Shown here: piece by piece, positions 35,737 through 44,156 of the stretch
Layout of the letters: each line of letters opens with the position of its first letter
Numbering within the stretch: the stretch's first letter is position 1
IMG/VR virus record: IMGVR_UViG_3300016674_000123
Span: 1-51,376 of that record
Source of the DNA: a virus
Lineage: Duplodnaviria > Caudoviricetes
DNA: 51,376 nucleotides
Reading direction: 5' to 3' (one strand)
Position numbers and translations under genes: made by a program
Notes under the pieces: model-generated
What the model was told of the DNA's origin: nothing
Seen by the model: the letters and a program-made list of their open reading frames with translations, nothing else
Databases searched by the model: none

Positions 35737-35948
35737 TAGTCTAAAATATCTTTTAGTAACTTATTGAATCGCTCTATTTTATGAGAAGGACTTATTGATG
35801 TTTTTTCTATGTTTTTATGAATTTTTAGAAAATCATTACACCAATATTTTATATCACTAATAGTCATATTTACCTTAACATCATTATCAAAAGTTGTTGA
35901 ATCTAATTGTTTATTGCAATCAGATTTCAGTTTATTGATAGAGTACAT
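35736..35948 (-). CDS. hypothetical protein
   Basis: 70 aa, coupled on both sides. Confidence 0.55.
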   Translation of the reverse strand: MYSINKLKSDCNKQLDSTTFDNDVKVNMTISDIKYWCNDFLKIHKNIEKTSISPSHKIERFNKLLKDILD

Positions 35949-37996
35949 TACGCAACGGCTTCTTTTTGAATTGGATATTTAACATCTAATGATTTGCTCA
36001 TTTCGTTTACTACCAATCTAATTACCTGACTTTCCATTTCAATTAGCGTGTGTACGCTTTCTGCATTGTCAATAAATATTGGCGCAGTAATTTGGTAGTG
36101 TTCCGAAAGTACATTGATAATATCTAAGCCTGCATTGATTTTTGATGCGGTATTTACATCGGAGTAAGGCACTCCGTTAACCGTAGCTTCGCAAGTTTCT
36201 CGTAAACCTCCGTTAATTTGCTCCTCAAACATTTTGAATTTAACGTACTTGAATTTGCTATTCACTATGTTTTCCAAAGCATCAACTTTAGCTTTTATGA
36301 AGTTTTCAATTACAAACTGTTCTTTTTCTACGTTGGCAATTTGTTGAGAAAGTATTTTCTCTTCATTTTTCAATTCAAGGATTCGTTTTTCAGCAACTTC
36401 AATTTGTGCTTTGGTTTGAAGTTTAGCTTTCAAAGTATCAATTTCAGCAACTAATGATTTTCTTTTTTCGATTAGTTCTGAATTGTCAGCCGTTGGAACT
36501 TCTTCGATGCTTGTTTCTAAAATTGGTAATTCAAGTAGTTTTTGTTGATATTCATCATTCAAAGCAAGTAATGATTCGTAAATATTCTCAAAAGTTTGAG
36601 TTTCTGCACCGGTTGAAGTTTTGCCGTTTTCGATTTTTATTTTTTCAATAACTTTTTCAAGACTTGCTCTTACATTGGCAATTTTTGTATTACCATTTTC
36701 AATTCTTTCGTTGATAGTTTTTAGTTCAACTTCTAAATTCTCTTTTTGAGTTTTTAGATTTACTCCTTCAGTATTAATTTGATTAAGATTAGCAACCTTT
36801 TGATTATTGAAATTTGTAATTGCTTCTGCTTTTTTAGTTTCAACATCGCCAGACTCAAATTCTCTTTTACATGTAGGACAATGAAAATCACCATCATTAA
36901 AATAAATTTCTGTTGCATTTTCTAATTCCCATTTTGAACGCAAAGCAGTCATTTTTTCTTCGGTAGATTTGATTTGATTTTCAATTCCTGCTTTTTGAGA
37001 TTCAAGTGTTTTTTTGGTATTTTCAAAAGAAGATAAATCCGTCATTAAAGACTGCTCTTCAATTTTTAAATTATCTAAAACAGAAGTATCAGGTTTTAAT
37101 CTGTTTTCGGCTTCTTTTTTGGCGTTTTGCTCAATGATTTCAATTTCGCTTTTCAGATTGTTTACTTTTAATTTTAAACCTCTCTGTGAAGTTAATTTTG
37201 ATTCAAACGCTTTACTTACATCGGCAATTTCTAAATCTACTTTTTCAAGTGATTTATTTTTTTCTGAAAGTTCCGTTTCCAAAGCTTCAAAATCTTGTGC
37301 TTCAGGTTTACCTCTGAAAACCTCATCAATTCGAGCAGGAATTGCTTTTAAATCCTCTTTTGCTTTTTTGATTGATGCTAAGATTTGCGCCTTATAATCT
37401 TCAAGCGTTTTACCTTGCGTTAGTTTAGCAAGTAAGTTTTCAAAAGCCGAATTTCCTCTCGCTACATCTTCATTTGAAACCTCGCCAAAAATATCAATCA
37501 AAAGGTTTCTTCTGTCTTGCCATTTAATAGAGTTGAAGTAAGTAGGGGAGGTAATCATTTTGAAAACTTGGTCTGGCATTACATCATTTACTTTTTTGGT
37601 AAATTCCGTTACTGACATTGGAACATCGTTCCAATAAAGCTCCGTAACATTTCCCGAAAACTCTCTTTCTTCGTTACCTCTTTTCTTAACCCAATTTTCA
37701 CGCAATACACGTTTAAGAGTTAGTGTTTCATTATCAACTAAAAGAACTGCAGAAACTTCGTGTTCTATCATTGGAATTACTCGCCCTAATTGGTCCAATG
37801 TTTTTACTTCGAAATCCTTTCTATCTGTAGTGTCTTTTCCAAAAAGCAACCAAGTAAAAGCATCTGCAATAGTTGTTTTACCTGTTCCGTTTGCGCCAAG
37901 AATATCAACGTTATTTCCGTTAGCATCGATATTTAAAGTTTTGATTCCTTTAAAGTTTAATAAAGAAATAGATTGTAATTTAATTGTTTTCATCAC
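35948..37996 (-). CDS. Rad50/SbcC-like SMC ATPase
   Basis: NFKG, GANGTGKTT, long coiled coil, CPTC zinc hook and PIFIDNAES. Confidence 0.9.
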   Translation of the reverse strand: MMKTIKLQSISLLNFKGIKTLNIDANGNNVDILGANGTGKTTIADAFTWLLFGKDTTDRKDFEVKTLDQLGRVIPMIEHEVSAVLLVDNETLTLKRVLRENWVKKRGNEEREFSGNVTELYWNDVPMSVTEFTKKVNDVMPDQVFKMITSPTYFNSIKWQDRRNLLIDIFGEVSNEDVARGNSAFENLLAKLTQGKTLEDYKAQILASIKKAKEDLKAIPARIDEVFRGKPEAQDFEALETELSEKNKSLEKVDLEIADVSKAFESKLTSQRGLKLKVNNLKSEIEIIEQNAKKEAENRLKPDTSVLDNLKIEEQSLMTDLSSFENTKKTLESQKAGIENQIKSTEEKMTALRSKWELENATEIYFNDGDFHCPTCKREFESGDVETKKAEAITNFNNQKVANLNQINTEGVNLKTQKENLEVELKTINERIENGNTKIANVRASLEKVIEKIKIENGKTSTGAETQTFENIYESLLALNDEYQQKLLELPILETSIEEVPTADNSELIEKRKSLVAEIDTLKAKLQTKAQIEVAEKRILELKNEEKILSQQIANVEKEQFVIENFIKAKVDALENIVNSKFKYVKFKMFEEQINGGLRETCEATVNGVPYSDVNTASKINAGLDIINVLSEHYQITAPIFIDNAESVHTLIEMESQVIRLVVNEMSKSLDVKYPIQKEAVA

Positions 37997-38189
37997 TTTT
38001 AAATTTATAGTTGTTAGATTTTAAATTTTTTAATCGGTTGTTGGCTTTAACTAAGCCGTTTTTGATGTTAGAAAAAAAGTTGTCCATACATTTTTGTTCG
38101 TTTGGACTTAATTCTTCAAATGGTTTATTGTTTAAAAACCATTTGCCGTCAATTAATTTTATAGTCATTGAATCCATTACATTAGCCAT
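37980..38189 (-). CDS. hypothetical protein
   Basis: Early operon ORF. Confidence 0.55.
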   Translation of the reverse strand: MANVMDSMTIKLIDGKWFLNNKPFEELSPNEQKCMDNFFSNIKNGLVKANNRLKNLKSNNYKFKSDENN

Positions 38190-38398
38190 TTAAAGTCAGA
38201 CAATGAATAATCATCAAGCATCTCGTCAAGTTGTGGTATTTGATACTTGTATGCCAGTTGAAGCAATTCGAATGCTTTTTCTTCATTATCTGTTGCATCG
38301 AATTCTTTTCTAATTATTCTCCCTAATAGTTCAAGGGATTTTTCATCGCTTAAAAATGTTTTTTCCAAGCGTTGCAGTAAGAGGATTTTCATACTCAT
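38177..38398 (-). CDS. hypothetical protein
   Basis: Early operon ORF. Confidence 0.6.
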   Translation of the reverse strand: MSMKILLLQRLEKTFLSDEKSLELLGRIIRKEFDATDNEEKAFELLQLAYKYQIPQLDEMLDDYSLSDFKWLM

Positions 38399-38404
38399 AT
38401 TTCT

Positions 38405-38626
38405 TTAGTGTTTTGTTAAATTTCCTAATAGTGAAGCTTTAAGCGTATCGCTTAGTGGTGCGCCCTTTCGGGAGCGCTCTGGAGTATTCCCCAACATTTC
38501 CAGAGCGCTAATAGCTTGACTTTCGAGTCGTGTAGCTAAATTGTAGTTCTGTTGAGCAACTGCTTTCATTTGTTGTGAAGATTCAAGCTGCTGCTTATAG
38601 AATTGTATTTTTTCTCGCTTATTCAT
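38405..38626 (-). CDS. hypothetical protein
   Basis: Early operon ORF. Confidence 0.6.
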   Translation of the reverse strand: MNKREKIQFYKQQLESSQQMKAVAQQNYNLATRLESQAISALEMLGNTPERSRKGAPLSDTLKASLLGNLTKH

Positions 38627-38629
38627 ATT

Positions 38630-38839
38630 CTAAGCTTCAAATAATTCTTCTTCCTTTAATCCGATGTGTTTTTTCATTACCTCAACAACAACTGGTTTAT
38701 TAAGTGTTGGTGATTTACGTGTCGCATATACATAAACAGATCTTTCAGTTATTCCAATTTTACAAGCAATCTTTTCTCGTAATGGAATATCGTTTCTAAT
38801 TTGATTATATATTTCTTCTTTAAGTTTTGGTTTTCTCAT
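38630..38839 (-). CDS. Cro-like HTH regulator
   Basis: 69 aa; KIACKIGITERSVY HTH; divergent from cI. Confidence 0.75.
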   Translation of the reverse strand: MRKPKLKEEIYNQIRNDIPLREKIACKIGITERSVYVYATRKSPTLNKPVVVEVMKKHIGLKEEELFEA

Positions 38840-38854
38840 TTTACTTTCGTTTAG

Positions 38855-38899
38855 TGCCCTTAACCAGTATCGAGCTGATTAACCATTCGCTGTAAGGGC
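38855..38899 (-). ncRNA. tRNA-minihelix-like element in the cro leader
   Basis: GCCCTTA-CAGCGAATGGTTA-ATCAG-CTCGATA-CTGGT-TAAGGGC-A. Confidence 0.55.
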
Positions 38900-39075
38900 T
38901 TTTGACAGGTATTTTTTCGCCCCTCGTGGCGACAGCTTAAAAACAAGTAAGAGTTATCGGTAACACATTTTAAGATACATTAAAGGAGTTCCACCTATAT
39001 TGATAATCTACACGTAGATTAGTTTCTGCATTGCCCTGCACGTATTCATCTCTTAACCATTTTTAAACCTCCAAG

Positions 39076-39088
39076 ATGTCAAAGAACT
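39076..39088 (-). promoter_or_regulatory. boxA-like antitermination element
   Basis: AGTTCTTTGACAT on the minus strand, downstream of the early promoter. Confidence 0.6.
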
Positions 39089-39184
39089 TATTTGTAATGA
39101 TTCTAAATTGAGAGCAATAATGTTTTTTTATGAATATTTTACTCTAATTTTGTTTATACATTTGTGTTACACATTTGTATAGAG

Positions 39185-39269
39185 CAAATATAAAGCATTA
39201 TGAAAGTATTATGCAAGTACTTGAATAAATAATTACTCATTTTACTTGTAATTTATATTCATTATAAAT
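39185..39269. promoter_or_regulatory. immunity control region: leftward promoter, TGCAAGTA-type operators and a Fur-box-like palindrome
   Basis: TATATTTG 39185-39192; TG(A/C)AAGTA at 11-bp spacing plus inverted TACTTG copies; ATTTATATTCATTATAAAT 39251-39269. Confidence 0.65.
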
Positions 39270-39279
39270 AAAAAACAAA

Positions 39280-39984
39280 ATGAAAATAGGGGAGAGAATA
39301 ACGGAACTACTTGAAAAGAAAGGCATTACAGCATATACCCTATCTAATGAAACAGGAGTGTCTCAAGGAACATTAAGTAGAATAATTAAAAAACATACTA
39401 AACCAAATGCAAGTAATTTGAAAGCAATTTCAGATTATTTTAAAGTAAGTCAGACTTGGTTATTGACAGGTAAAGAATATGATATTTCAGAAACAAATAT
39501 TAATAACACCATTACATCTGAAATAAAAGAGGTAGATTTTGACGAATTTATGGAAGCCGAATACTTGCCAATTAAAGTTCAAGCTGGTTACTTAAGTGGT
39601 TTGGAAGAAAAAAAACCAATTGAATTGAAAAAAATGCTCGTCCCTAGAGAGTTTGAAAAAGGTTATTATAAAGTAATAGAAATTGAAGGTGATAGTATGA
39701 ATGACGGAACTCCTCGCTCAATATGCGATGGGGATAAATTACTTTTAAAAGAAATTGAAGGTGGTAATTATTTGCAAAAAATACTACCTTACCGAAATAA
39801 TTTATTTGTAATAGTAAGTAGCGAAGGCATCGTGTGCAAGCAAATTATTGATCAGAATATTGAAAAAGAGTGTATTGTTTGCCATTCTTTCAATCCTCTT
39901 CATAAAGATTATGAAATTTGCTTTAAAGATATATACCAACTATTTACTGTTAAAAAACTAGTTGAACGTAAAATAAAATTCTAA
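39280..39984 (+). CDS. CI-like repressor (XRE HTH plus S24 autoprotease)
   Basis: HTH LSNETGVSQGTLSRI, Ala-Gly site VQAG, catalytic GDSM and VCK. Confidence 0.92.
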   Translation: MKIGERITELLEKKGITAYTLSNETGVSQGTLSRIIKKHTKPNASNLKAISDYFKVSQTWLLTGKEYDISETNINNTITSEIKEVDFDEFMEAEYLPIKVQAGYLSGLEEKKPIELKKMLVPREFEKGYYKVIEIEGDSMNDGTPRSICDGDKLLLKEIEGGNYLQKILPYRNNLFVIVSSEGIVCKQIIDQNIEKECIVCHSFNPLHKDYEICFKDIYQLFTVKKLVERKIKF

Positions 39985-39995
39985 AATTTAAAATC

Positions 39996-40352
39996 ATGAA
40001 AAAATTATCACTTATAATCGTTATGCTTTTAGCTTTTGCTTATTCTTTTGGGCAAGAAAAGCAATATGAAGTAAAAAAGGTACTTTCACCTCAGTATGGT
40101 AAAGTTCCTGCTGGAAAAACAAAAATTACTATCTCTGATAAAGTAATCATTATTGACGCAGGTAAAAAAGCCGTTGAATATGAAATATTATCAATTGAAG
40201 AAACCGATTTTACAAAAACTTACTTTGCTAAAATGGGAACTCAAAATGATATTAGATTCACGTATTATAAAAATGACAACTATCTAAAATTTGAGAACAA
40301 GGATAACTTCTCTGGTAAAGTTGGCGAATTACTTTATTATTTTAAAGATTAA
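39996..40352 (+). CDS. secreted/periplasmic beta-rich protein
   Basis: Signal peptide MKKLSLIIVMLLAFAYSFG-Q; follows cI. Confidence 0.7.
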   Translation: MKKLSLIIVMLLAFAYSFGQEKQYEVKKVLSPQYGKVPAGKTKITISDKVIIIDAGKKAVEYEILSIEETDFTKTYFAKMGTQNDIRFTYYKNDNYLKFENKDNFSGKVGELLYYFKD

Positions 40353-40612
40353 TGCACGAACACGATAAAAGAATAGTTAGGCTTGTTGAATGGTTGATAT
40401 TTAATAAAAAAGTATCAACCGCAAAAGAGTTTTGCCAATCTGTAGATTTATTAGTTCCAACTTATTCTAAAATAAAAAAAGGAACTTGTCACTTTACAGT
40501 TATCAATATTGAGAATATATGCAAAAAGTATAAAGTCAATTCAAATTGGATTTTTGGAATAGAAAAAAACGTCTTTAGAAACGATAAAACCATTGAAATT
40601 AAAGACTTTTAA
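40352..40612 (+). CDS. XRE-family HTH protein
   Basis: EFC...YSKIKKG...VNSNWIFG. Confidence 0.75.
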   Translation: MHEHDKRIVRLVEWLIFNKKVSTAKEFCQSVDLLVPTYSKIKKGTCHFTVINIENICKKYKVNSNWIFGIEKNVFRNDKTIEIKDF

Positions 40613-40625
40613 GCAATTGTATTGC

Positions 40626-40885
40626 CGACAATGTAAAACGGCATAAAAATTAAAAATTAACCACGTTTGGTTGCTAAAGATACTTTGTAAAGTATTGATT
40701 TTACTGTAATTACATTTTTGGGTTTTTATGTTCGTCAGATTCATAACCCTGAGGTCACGGGTTCAACTCCCGTCTTCGCTACTAGGTGCTAAACCCATTC
40801 CCAACAAGGGTTTAGCACTTTTTTAAAGACTTTCGAGTAGTGTAGTTACATTTAAAACGGCAACGTAAACGACAATGTAATTACA
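40626..40885 (+). mobile_element. attP: core = 3' half of a CAT-anticodon tRNA (40738-40783), with arm repeats
   Basis: GATTCATAACCCTGAGGTCACGGGTTCAACTCCCGTCTTCGCTACT lacks the 5' tRNA half; CGACAATGTAA repeats; adjacent integrase. Confidence 0.88.
40786..40824 (+). terminator. terminator for the reconstituted host tRNA
   Basis: GTGCTAAACCC/GGGTTTAGCAC 11-bp stem plus T6. Confidence 0.8.
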
Positions 40886-40890
40886 GACAA

Positions 40891-42105
40891 ATGAAAAAAC
40901 TTCACTTCGATTGTGAATGCTCTGAAGTATGGGCTTCACCAAAAAACTGGAAAACAATTACAGGTAAAAAAGCATTATCATTAAATTGGTATGTTCAATG
41001 CGTTTTTCACGATCCAAAATTCAAAGAAAAATATCCAAATGGATTTCCATACAGAAAAAAGTTAAACAAACTTAAAACTTTAGAAGAAAGAAAAGCAGCT
41101 GTTGAACTCTACATTGATGAAATTCCAAAGCTATTTTTTGATAAAGGTTACAATCCAATTACTAAAACTTTTATGATTGAACCGGTGCAAGAAGTTAAAA
41201 ATGAATTAATTGAATTATGCCCAGAAACTCCTTTTAATATTTCTTTGGATTTAGCTATGGCCACTATTAAAAAAGCAGATAGTACAATGGATGATTTGAA
41301 TTCTGTTGTTAAGAATGTAAAAAAATCGGCAATGCAATTGCGATATGATGATATTGCCGTTTCTGAAATCACAAGAAAACATATAAAGTTGATCATTGAT
41401 AATTTGGAAAAGGTCGACGGAGAATTTTCGGCACATAAATTCAATAAATATCGCTCTTATTTAAGCATTGTTTTTTCGGAACTATTGGAATGGGAAGCAA
41501 TAAAATCAAATATTGTTCGCGATATATCCAAAAGAAAACAAGAAAAGAATATCCGTGAAGTACTTACCAAGGAACAAAGAATACAAGTTGTAAATCACCT
41601 GAAAAGGTTTCATCCCGAATTTCATACTTTCACGCAAATATTCTTTCACTCGGGAATCCGTATAACAGAATTACTTTCTGTAAAAGCGGAGCATGTAGAT
41701 TTGAAAAATCAAAAATATAAAGCATTGATTAAGAAAGGAACTTCTTATGAATGGAAAGAGTGCGTTATAAAAGATGTTGCTTTGCCTTTTTGGAATAAAG
41801 CAGTTTTTGGAGCTCGAAAAGATGATTTTGTTTTTTCTACTGGCTTGGTTCCAGGAACTAAACCATTAAAGTATAATGCAATTCGCTTACGTTGGAAAAG
41901 AAATGTAAAAACGATGCTAAACATTACAGCCGATTTTTATTCGCTTAAACACTTAAATTTGGATGAAACTACCGAATTATTATCTTTGGAAGATGCAGCA
42001 CGTATGGCAAACCACAAAGGAACTAAAATGATGAGTAGTGTTTATGCCGTTGGTGAGAAGCAAAGACAGTTTGAGAAATTGAAAAAAGTAAGTAATAGTT
42101 TGTAG
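40891..42105 (+). CDS. int: tyrosine integrase
   Basis: SGIRITELL (R), IKKG (K), FYSLKH, ANH and VY catalytic positions; next to attP. Confidence 0.92.
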   Translation: MKKLHFDCECSEVWASPKNWKTITGKKALSLNWYVQCVFHDPKFKEKYPNGFPYRKKLNKLKTLEERKAAVELYIDEIPKLFFDKGYNPITKTFMIEPVQEVKNELIELCPETPFNISLDLAMATIKKADSTMDDLNSVVKNVKKSAMQLRYDDIAVSEITRKHIKLIIDNLEKVDGEFSAHKFNKYRSYLSIVFSELLEWEAIKSNIVRDISKRKQEKNIREVLTKEQRIQVVNHLKRFHPEFHTFTQIFFHSGIRITELLSVKAEHVDLKNQKYKALIKKGTSYEWKECVIKDVALPFWNKAVFGARKDDFVFSTGLVPGTKPLKYNAIRLRWKRNVKTMLNITADFYSLKHLNLDETTELLSLEDAARMANHKGTKMMSSVYAVGEKQRQFEKLKKVSNSL

Positions 42106-42107
42106 TT

Positions 42108-42194
42108 ATGGAATGGTATAAGTGGGTTTTAGGTTTAGCGCTTTGGGTTTTGTCTATACTATTAATAGGTTACATTAGAGATAAAGGAAAATAA
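42108..42194 (+). CDS. 28-aa single-TM peptide (not in ORF track)
   Basis: MEWYKWVLGLALWVLSILLIGYIRDKGK starts 2 nt after the int stop and ends at the terminator. Confidence 0.55.
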   Translation: MEWYKWVLGLALWVLSILLIGYIRDKGK

Positions 42195-42217
42195 AAAAGA
42201 GGGTAAATACCCTCTTT
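42194..42217. terminator. bidirectional terminator
   Basis: AAAGAGGGTA/TACCCTCTTT between convergent genes. Confidence 0.75.
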
Positions 42218-42521
42218 AATTTTTTGGAAGTTTGTCAACTCTTCGTCCGAGTTGTTCCATTGCTTTTTCAAAACACTTATTTAAATCTGTTTTTGATTCT
42301 TGGTCCTCAAAAAAGAAATTTACTTTAATTGCTTTTGAAACTTGTAAAAAAGTATCAAGTGTAGGCTTGAATTTTAAGGAAAAGAAACGACTAACTGCGG
42401 ATTGTATCATTCCCGTTTGTTCCGCAATTTGATTTTGCGTTATTCCTTTTTCTTCTGCAATTTCTTTAAGAAGTAAAACGAGCAACATCCATTGCTCGTT
42501 TTTATTTTTATTTTGTGGCAT
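42216..42521 (-). CDS. XRE-family HTH regulator
   Basis: GITQNQIAEQTGMIQSAVSRF...PTLDTF. Confidence 0.85.
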   Translation of the reverse strand: MPQNKNKNEQWMLLVLLLKEIAEEKGITQNQIAEQTGMIQSAVSRFFSLKFKPTLDTFLQVSKAIKVNFFFEDQESKTDLNKCFEKAMEQLGRRVDKLPKN

Positions 42522-42525
42522 ATTT

Positions 42526-42732
42526 TTAATTTAAAAAATAATTTTCTAATTCTTCAAAACTTTCAAATTTTGTCAATTCACTTTCTGAACCTTGATTTTT
42601 CCACTCATTAATATCGTCAACTAATGACATATCGTTTGTTTCAAATCTTTTAACTTCTTCAAAATCTACCATAACTACGATTTCGAATCTTCCAGCGTTT
42701 ACTTTTTTTGTGATAATGTTTAAAGTTTTCAT
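42526..42732 (-). CDS. small acidic hypothetical protein
   Basis: 68 aa; first gene behind its own promoter. Confidence 0.65.
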   Translation of the reverse strand: MKTLNIITKKVNAGRFEIVVMVDFEEVKRFETNDMSLVDDINEWKNQGSESELTKFESFEELENYFLN

Positions 42733-42789
42733 AATGTTTTTGCCGTATTAAAGTGTTGCCGCCACATTCTATTTGTTATTTTGATAGAG

Positions 42790-42809
42790 CAAATATATAA
42801 CATATATGT
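42790..42809 (-). promoter_or_regulatory. promoter with palindromic operator
   Basis: TATATTTG 42790-42797; palindrome ACATATATGT 42800-42809. Confidence 0.65.
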
Positions 42810-42870
42810 AATATAAAACAAATCAAAAACAAAATAATCGATGAAATGCACTAAATTTTAACATATAACT

Positions 42871-42898
42871 AAAAAAGGCATCTAAACAGACACCTTTT
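42871..42898 (-). terminator. terminator of the lysis operon
   Basis: AAAAGGTGTCT/AGATGCCTTTT stem plus T-run on the minus strand. Confidence 0.7.
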
Positions 42899-42917
42899 AA
42901 AACTAACAACAAATAAA

Positions 42918-43577
42918 TTATCGAGTGATAATTATTCCTCCAATGACTCCAATTCCAACTTTGAATAAGTCGGTTTGATACCATTTCTTTTTTTCTTTGA
43001 CTTCAATCTGTTGTATGTATTCGGGGTTTACAAAAGGGTTGTCATGTTTGATATCTACTACTAATGTTTTAGAACCTAAAAACCATTTACGCTTATAACC
43101 AGTTACAATGGTAACGCTATCAGGAATTACCATATCATAAACCTCAACACCATGCTGATTGCTTTTGTAGGCTAAGGAATACCAATCCGTGAATATAGCA
43201 TCTGTTTTCTCAAAATTACAAGGTATTGAATCGGTATAAGCCAATGTGATAGTATCAAATTTAGTTTTGGTAATGTATTTTGTAACGTATTTTACATCTG
43301 AAAACTTTTTTATGATTTCTTTCAGTTCCTTATCCTTTGAAGAGACTTGCTCTTTCAATTCCTTTTCGGTAAGAGTTGCCACTTTTTGACTTGTCACTAA
43401 TTGACCATTTTTCAACTTATAGGTTGATATTTCGGAATTTTGCGCTTCGATAGTTGCATTTGCTATGCTTTGATTTTCGCATTGAACGTAATTCAAACAC
43501 AATAGAAAAATTATAATTCCAATTAGGAATATACGCTGCCAATTGATTCTGTGAAGATTGATTTGTGGTGCTTCCAT
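42918..43577 (-). CDS. putative spanin
   Basis: N-terminal hydrophobic helix followed by VQC, coiled coil, C-terminal hydrophobic helix; after the endolysin. Confidence 0.55.
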   Translation of the reverse strand: MEAPQINLHRINWQRIFLIGIIIFLLCLNYVQCENQSIANATIEAQNSEISTYKLKNGQLVTSQKVATLTEKELKEQVSSKDKELKEIIKKFSDVKYVTKYITKTKFDTITLAYTDSIPCNFEKTDAIFTDWYSLAYKSNQHGVEVYDMVIPDSVTIVTGYKRKWFLGSKTLVVDIKHDNPFVNPEYIQQIEVKEKKKWYQTDLFKVGIGVIGGIIITR

Positions 43578-43579
43578 AA

Positions 43580-44152
43580 TTAGAACTGAAATTTAAAGTC
43601 GTTCAAGCGGTTTTTCCATCCTTTAATAAATCGCTTTTGACTTGGGTTATTCTTTACAATATCATCAAGGAACTTCACACGAGCTGCAAAAATCTTATCA
43701 AATAACGCTTCGGCATCCTTTTCGATTTCTTCGTTAATTTTTGCAAGTGTTTTTGGTCCTACAACTCCGTCTTGTGTAAGTCCTAAAATTCTTTGAGGAA
43801 TAACAATTCCCCATTTACCCGAACCCCAATACCAATCCACCAAAATATTAGCGATTGATTGATTTTTGATTTGGTCGGCTTGCCATTTATCCCAATACTT
43901 GCGAAGCACAAATTTGAAATCATCTTTAGATAACAACTTCATATCAGCATTATTGATAATACCATCTCCGTTTTTATCGTAGCCTAATAATTTCCATGCG
44001 CCAACGGTAACACCCATATTTGTAGCACCGCCTTTGTCTAACGGATCATTCACAAAGCCACCTTCCCATTTTGCAACAATAGGAGCTAGCTTTTCAATTT
44101 TACTGCCTTGATATTTAGATTTATCGAAAGGCGCTTTTTCAAATACTGCCAT
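43580..44152 (-). CDS. endolysin, glycoside hydrolase family 108
   Basis: EGGFVNDPLDKGGATNMGVT; DGVVGPKTL; C-terminal F.KGW.NR peptidoglycan-binding motif. Confidence 0.93.
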   Translation of the reverse strand: MAVFEKAPFDKSKYQGSKIEKLAPIVAKWEGGFVNDPLDKGGATNMGVTVGAWKLLGYDKNGDGIINNADMKLLSKDDFKFVLRKYWDKWQADQIKNQSIANILVDWYWGSGKWGIVIPQRILGLTQDGVVGPKTLAKINEEIEKDAEALFDKIFAARVKFLDDIVKNNPSQKRFIKGWKNRLNDFKFQF

Positions 44153-44156
44153 ACTA

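Noticed and set aside
1377-38193. Many short plus-strand ORFs in the track
   Set aside because: Antisense shadows of long minus-strand genes
38953-39006. SAM-I riboswitch-like start (TTATCAATATAGGTGGA...GATAA)
   Set aside because: Too short; P3/P4 and the conserved GCAACC are missing
40738-40783. Complete tRNA gene next to int
   Set aside because: Only the part from the anticodon loop to the 3' end is present; it is the attP core
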